Shown piece after piece: positions 60,751 to 64,000 of a stretch of DNA of 64,000 nt (positions within the stretch are counted from its first letter, which is position 1; the number at the start of each line of letters is the position of its first letter). The position numbers and the translations under genes were made by a program. The stretch is taken from IMG/VR virus record IMGVR_UViG_3300030019_000003, positions 188,160 to 252,159 of that record. One strand, written 5' to 3'. A model generated the notes under the pieces. The model saw only the letters and a list, made by a program, of their open reading frames with translations. It made no database searches and had not been told where the DNA came from.

Positions 60751-61413
60751 ATGGATACGTCAAAAACACAATCACCTACGGCTACAGTAGGTGTTGATAA
60801 AAATTTGTTACAAGATTATGCTAAAGAATTGCAGCTTGAAGCTAGCGATCAAATTGGCAAAGATATTCATGCTATTTTTGTGGATATTACACGTGAGGAT
60901 ACTAAGACTATTCCTGAATCTGTTTTTAAAGCAAGATTTCTTGGAAAGTTTAAAGCTATTCGAGAGGATACTAAAGGTGAAGGAAATCATGAAGCAGTTG
61001 TTCGTGAGTTTATAACCTATACAGGATCACCTTACGCAGGTGTTGACGTTATAAATTCCGCAGGAGAAGTTGTTGTAACAACTCCTGGTATTTATAGTCG
61101 CGCTAATGTTGACCTAGCGGAAACAGGTAAACAAGGTATTTCGGATAAGATGTTAACCTATAAAGAAAAGGTAGCCTTCTCCCCTATCCAAGCAAATGCT
61201 TTCATACGCAGTGTGATGAGCGCATCTGTTCAAACATTAAGAACTGATATTAATACAGACGCAGACCAATGGAAACAAGTGTTTGATACTTTTGATACGA
61301 CTAAGAAAAAAGTAGTTGCAGCTGAGAATAATAATGAAGATGAAGCCGTATTTAAACCAAAAGGGCTTGGAAAATCATTAAGTCAGTTAGCTGCTGAAGA
61401 TACGGATCAATAG
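60751..61413 (+). CDS. hypothetical protein
   Basis: 220 aa; IPESVF..FL and GSPY..VDV motifs. Confidence 0.6.
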   Translation: MDTSKTQSPTATVGVDKNLLQDYAKELQLEASDQIGKDIHAIFVDITREDTKTIPESVFKARFLGKFKAIREDTKGEGNHEAVVREFITYTGSPYAGVDVINSAGEVVVTTPGIYSRANVDLAETGKQGISDKMLTYKEKVAFSPIQANAFIRSVMSASVQTLRTDINTDADQWKQVFDTFDTTKKKVVAAENNNEDEAVFKPKGLGKSLSQLAAEDTDQ

Positions 61414-61727
61414 TGTTTAGTAAGATTAGCGATACTGAGTATCTTTTAAAAGAACCCAGACCGTTTATAGAACAGGCTGATCAGGTATTTAAATTAATAC
61501 ATGGTAATGATCTTACTGATTTTGAACCTGTAACCTCTAAAGAACTTTATAACAGTATACTATCTCGCATAGTAGCAGTAGAGTTCTTAAAGAAAGGAAT
61601 GCCTGAAACGTCTACTAACTTTGTAAACATACGTGTTAAGGCTAAAGATGAGGAGATACTGTGTGTAGCAGGTACTCTTGTATTAAACGATAAATGTAAA
61701 AAAACGTCAGGTGTACTATACAAGTAG
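61413..61727 (+). CDS. hypothetical protein
   Basis: 104 aa, GTG start coupled to the upstream stop. Confidence 0.5.
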   Translation: MFSKISDTEYLLKEPRPFIEQADQVFKLIHGNDLTDFEPVTSKELYNSILSRIVAVEFLKKGMPETSTNFVNIRVKAKDEEILCVAGTLVLNDKCKKTSGVLYK

Positions 61728-61748
61728 GGAATTCCCTACTTGTATAGT
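61715..61748. terminator. perfect palindrome between convergent genes
   Basis: ACTATACAAGTAGGGAATTCCCTACTTGTATAGT. Confidence 0.7.
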
Positions 61749-63079
61749 TATGCTGTTTTTTCTTGGTCTATAGGTTTTGTAACCATGATAAATAGAATAG
61801 CGCTAAGTGTTTTCTTAGCAAAATTATAACTGTAAAAAATACCTTGTACTGTACCATATAGTTTAACGATACCTAAACGGCTATCGGCATATTTAATACA
61901 GGTTGGCATGCCAGGATAAATAATCTCTGGATCTGCGTAATACCATGTTATTTTAATAACAGAACCCTTTTTCATAACCATTTGGCTACGATGTTTATAC
62001 AAGTTACTTTCATTACCTAAATAAACCGTGTTGTTAGCCCCGTCACGACGATTACTGATAGCCGAACCTGATAACTGGTTCTCACTAGAGACAACGCCTT
62101 TAGACCCGCTTACATCGACGTTACGCTTGGTTAATAAGGATGGGTTACCTGCAGCAATACTGTCACCTGTATCAATCAGTGCCGTACCACCATCATCGAG
62201 ATGTTCTATTTCTTTACCTGCTATAAGTTTAACAAGATCACCTTCAACTTTAAAGGTGTTTTCGATATAACCATACTTAACAGAATCAGATCTAAAAATC
62301 ATAAGACGCTTAGTAGTTTTTTCAAAACGTTCTGGATCAAAAGCAGGAAATATAAATGCTGTTGTCTTGTTATTATACTTTTGTACATAGGTACCAATAC
62401 CACCATTATAAATACCATAGATAGTGTTTTGTAAGAAAGATGGTAAGTCTAACAACATGACACCTGTTGGAACAGTGATATGGTTATATTCAGCATCATT
62501 GTTAGGCTCTACTACGTCAATACCTAATGCTATTTTTTTACCTTCTATTGCTAGATCTTTCATACCCTCGGCGTATTCAGAAGTAATGACATCTTTAACT
62601 GTGGTACTTCTAAATACTCCGCTTACATGTTTGGTACGTAGTGCTTCTACTTCTCTAAGCAGACATTGACCTGATATAGTAAACTGACCAAACTTATTTA
62701 AAGTTTCTTTACTCTCTTTAGAGTTATAACTACCATACTGGTTATTTTCATTATTAAGCAAAATAAGCCTATAACGCGTAGATTCATATTTTAAAGTAAT
62801 CCTATCATACGTACGAATGGTTAACTCTAAAATATCCCTATAAGGTAACACATCTTTAAGAAAGTCACCTGCCCACATAAAGAACACCGCGATCATCTCA
62901 TCGGATACGTTAGTAGTATAGTTACGCATGGTATCTATACTACTGCATATTGGTAACTTAATATCGAGCACTGGAGTATGTAAGGTCATAGTATACTCTA
63001 TCGTATCTGTCTTATGATTCGTAGTCTCAGCGATCTTATTAATCTCGATAGCAAGACTACTATTAATATTATAACTCAA
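61748..63079 (-). CDS. putative baseplate hub-like virion protein
   Basis: 443 aa, beta-rich; VPTG..LLDLP.FLQ..YGIY..GIG and IIYPGMP motifs. Confidence 0.45.
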   Translation of the reverse strand: MSYNINSSLAIEINKIAETTNHKTDTIEYTMTLHTPVLDIKLPICSSIDTMRNYTTNVSDEMIAVFFMWAGDFLKDVLPYRDILELTIRTYDRITLKYESTRYRLILLNNENNQYGSYNSKESKETLNKFGQFTISGQCLLREVEALRTKHVSGVFRSTTVKDVITSEYAEGMKDLAIEGKKIALGIDVVEPNNDAEYNHITVPTGVMLLDLPSFLQNTIYGIYNGGIGTYVQKYNNKTTAFIFPAFDPERFEKTTKRLMIFRSDSVKYGYIENTFKVEGDLVKLIAGKEIEHLDDGGTALIDTGDSIAAGNPSLLTKRNVDVSGSKGVVSSENQLSGSAISNRRDGANNTVYLGNESNLYKHRSQMVMKKGSVIKITWYYADPEIIYPGMPTCIKYADSRLGIVKLYGTVQGIFYSYNFAKKTLSAILFIMVTKPIDQEKTA

Positions 63080-63100
63080 AGCATACTCCTCTTACTCTTT

Positions 63101-64000
63101 TTAATTATTACCACCACCTGATGGTAATGATCCTGCTAATGTCACAGTATCCATAGCAATGTAGATAGAATTCATATTATAAAGTTGTCTACCATATTTT
63201 GCTAATCTAAATAGAAGTTCTGTATCAAAAATAACATTAGCGTTATAACGGCTAATAAGTCTTGATACGTTAACAAGAACAGTATTGTCATACTCTTGTT
63301 CGCTGATGCTACCTTTCATGTAGCTCTCAGTATCATTACGAAGTGTTTCAGCATAGGTTTTAACCACTGTAATAGATGTAGGTAACTTCGTATCAAGATC
63401 TTCTAGTATCTTTAACGTTGTTGTCAATGAGGTCATGCTTGTAGTGATATTATCAACTACATCATTAATAGCTTCTAACAAGTTTGCTTTTGTTTCAGTA
63501 ATAGTAGTGTTCTGCAAAAAAGTTAATGCAAGTTTTCGTAACATATCATCATTGATGTCTATTACTTTTGCTTCAACTTCTGAACTATCACCTTTACTAG
63601 AAATAACATCAGCGTTATTACTCTCTAGTGCTTTTAGATAATTCTCTGTGTTGGCATAGTTTGTTAATAATGTTTGTACATCATTAAGAGGTTGTGTACT
63701 TGCAAGTTCTTTTAAAACATTTGCCATACGTGTAACATAGTTTAACGGGGATTCTGTTGTACCCATCTCTTTTAAAATAGTAGGTTCAAGTTTACTTGCA
63801 GCTCTTGCCATAAAGTATTTTACACTTAGATCGTCTTTGCTATAAACTTCTCTACGTTTTACTAACATTGATAAATCAATACCTTCTGTTATTGAAAAGT
63901 AGACATCTCTTATAAGTTTCACAGTAGCTTTAAGACAAGTGTCTCTTTCTTCAAAACTAATAACAAGAGTGTTTAACGATTTAACGATAGAAGCCTGTAA
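63101..64000 (-). CDS. hypothetical protein, 5'-truncated by the window edge
   Basis: The frame is open from 64000 (LQASIVKSLN...) through the track's GTG at 63922. Confidence 0.6.
   Translation of the reverse strand, partial: LQASIVKSLNTLVISFEERDTCLKATVKLIRDVYFSITEGIDLSMLVKRREVYSKDDLSVKYFMARAASKLEPTILKEMGTTESPLNYVTRMANVLKELASTQPLNDVQTLLTNYANTENYLKALESNNADVISSKGDSSEVEAKVIDINDDMLRKLALTFLQNTTITETKANLLEAINDVVDNITTSMTSLTTTLKILEDLDTKLPTSITVVKTYAETLRNDTESYMKGSISEQEYDNTVLVNVSRLISRYNANVIFDTELLFRLAKYGRQLYNMNSIYIAMDTVTLAGSLPSGGGNN

Noticed and set aside
953-61748. Hairpins as CRISPR repeats, REP elements or MITEs
   Set aside because: They are dispersed, differ in sequence, have no spacers or target duplications, and no cas or transposase gene is visible.
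2161-63641. Numerous 60-127 aa ORFs nested in or antisense to long genes (e.g. 5329, 11767, 12436, 31568, 42491, 59922, 62028)
   Set aside because: Shadow frames of real genes, with no RBS or recognisable motifs.
1-64000. Stop-codon reassignment (alternative genetic code)
   Set aside because: Long conserved genes are intact in the standard code, and TAA, TAG and TGA all terminate genes.

Overview
This AT-rich, densely coding window is part of a nucleus-forming (phiKZ-like, Chimalliviridae-type) jumbo myophage genome read in the standard code. Nucleus and transcription genes: PhuZ tubulin (truncated at the left edge), a probable chimallin shell gene next to the non-virion RNAP beta-prime subunit, and two virion RNAP subunits (gp178-like beta, gp80-like beta-prime). 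DNA metabolism: a PolB catalytic subunit, an SF2 helicase, SbcC, RecJ, MYG1 and a dimeric dUTPase. Virion and lysis: head protease, tail sheath and tube, baseplate proteins, spanins and a signal-peptide lytic transglycosylase. The ORF track misses several things: (1) an ORF-less group I intron just after the catalytic NADFDGD motif, whose best productive junction requires breaking either the omega-G rule or the U.G 5' splice-site rule; (2) a likely programmed -1 frameshift (T TTT TTC) joining two tail/baseplate chaperone-like ORFs; (3) an Ala1 class-3 intein with a decayed endonuclease in the helicase P-loop; (4) about 19 long near-perfect intergenic hairpins; (5) a recurring ATATTATT(T/C)A promoter-like motif. 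Several genes hint at a Campylobacterota host (inference). All family calls come from motif recognition and remembered synteny, not database searches.
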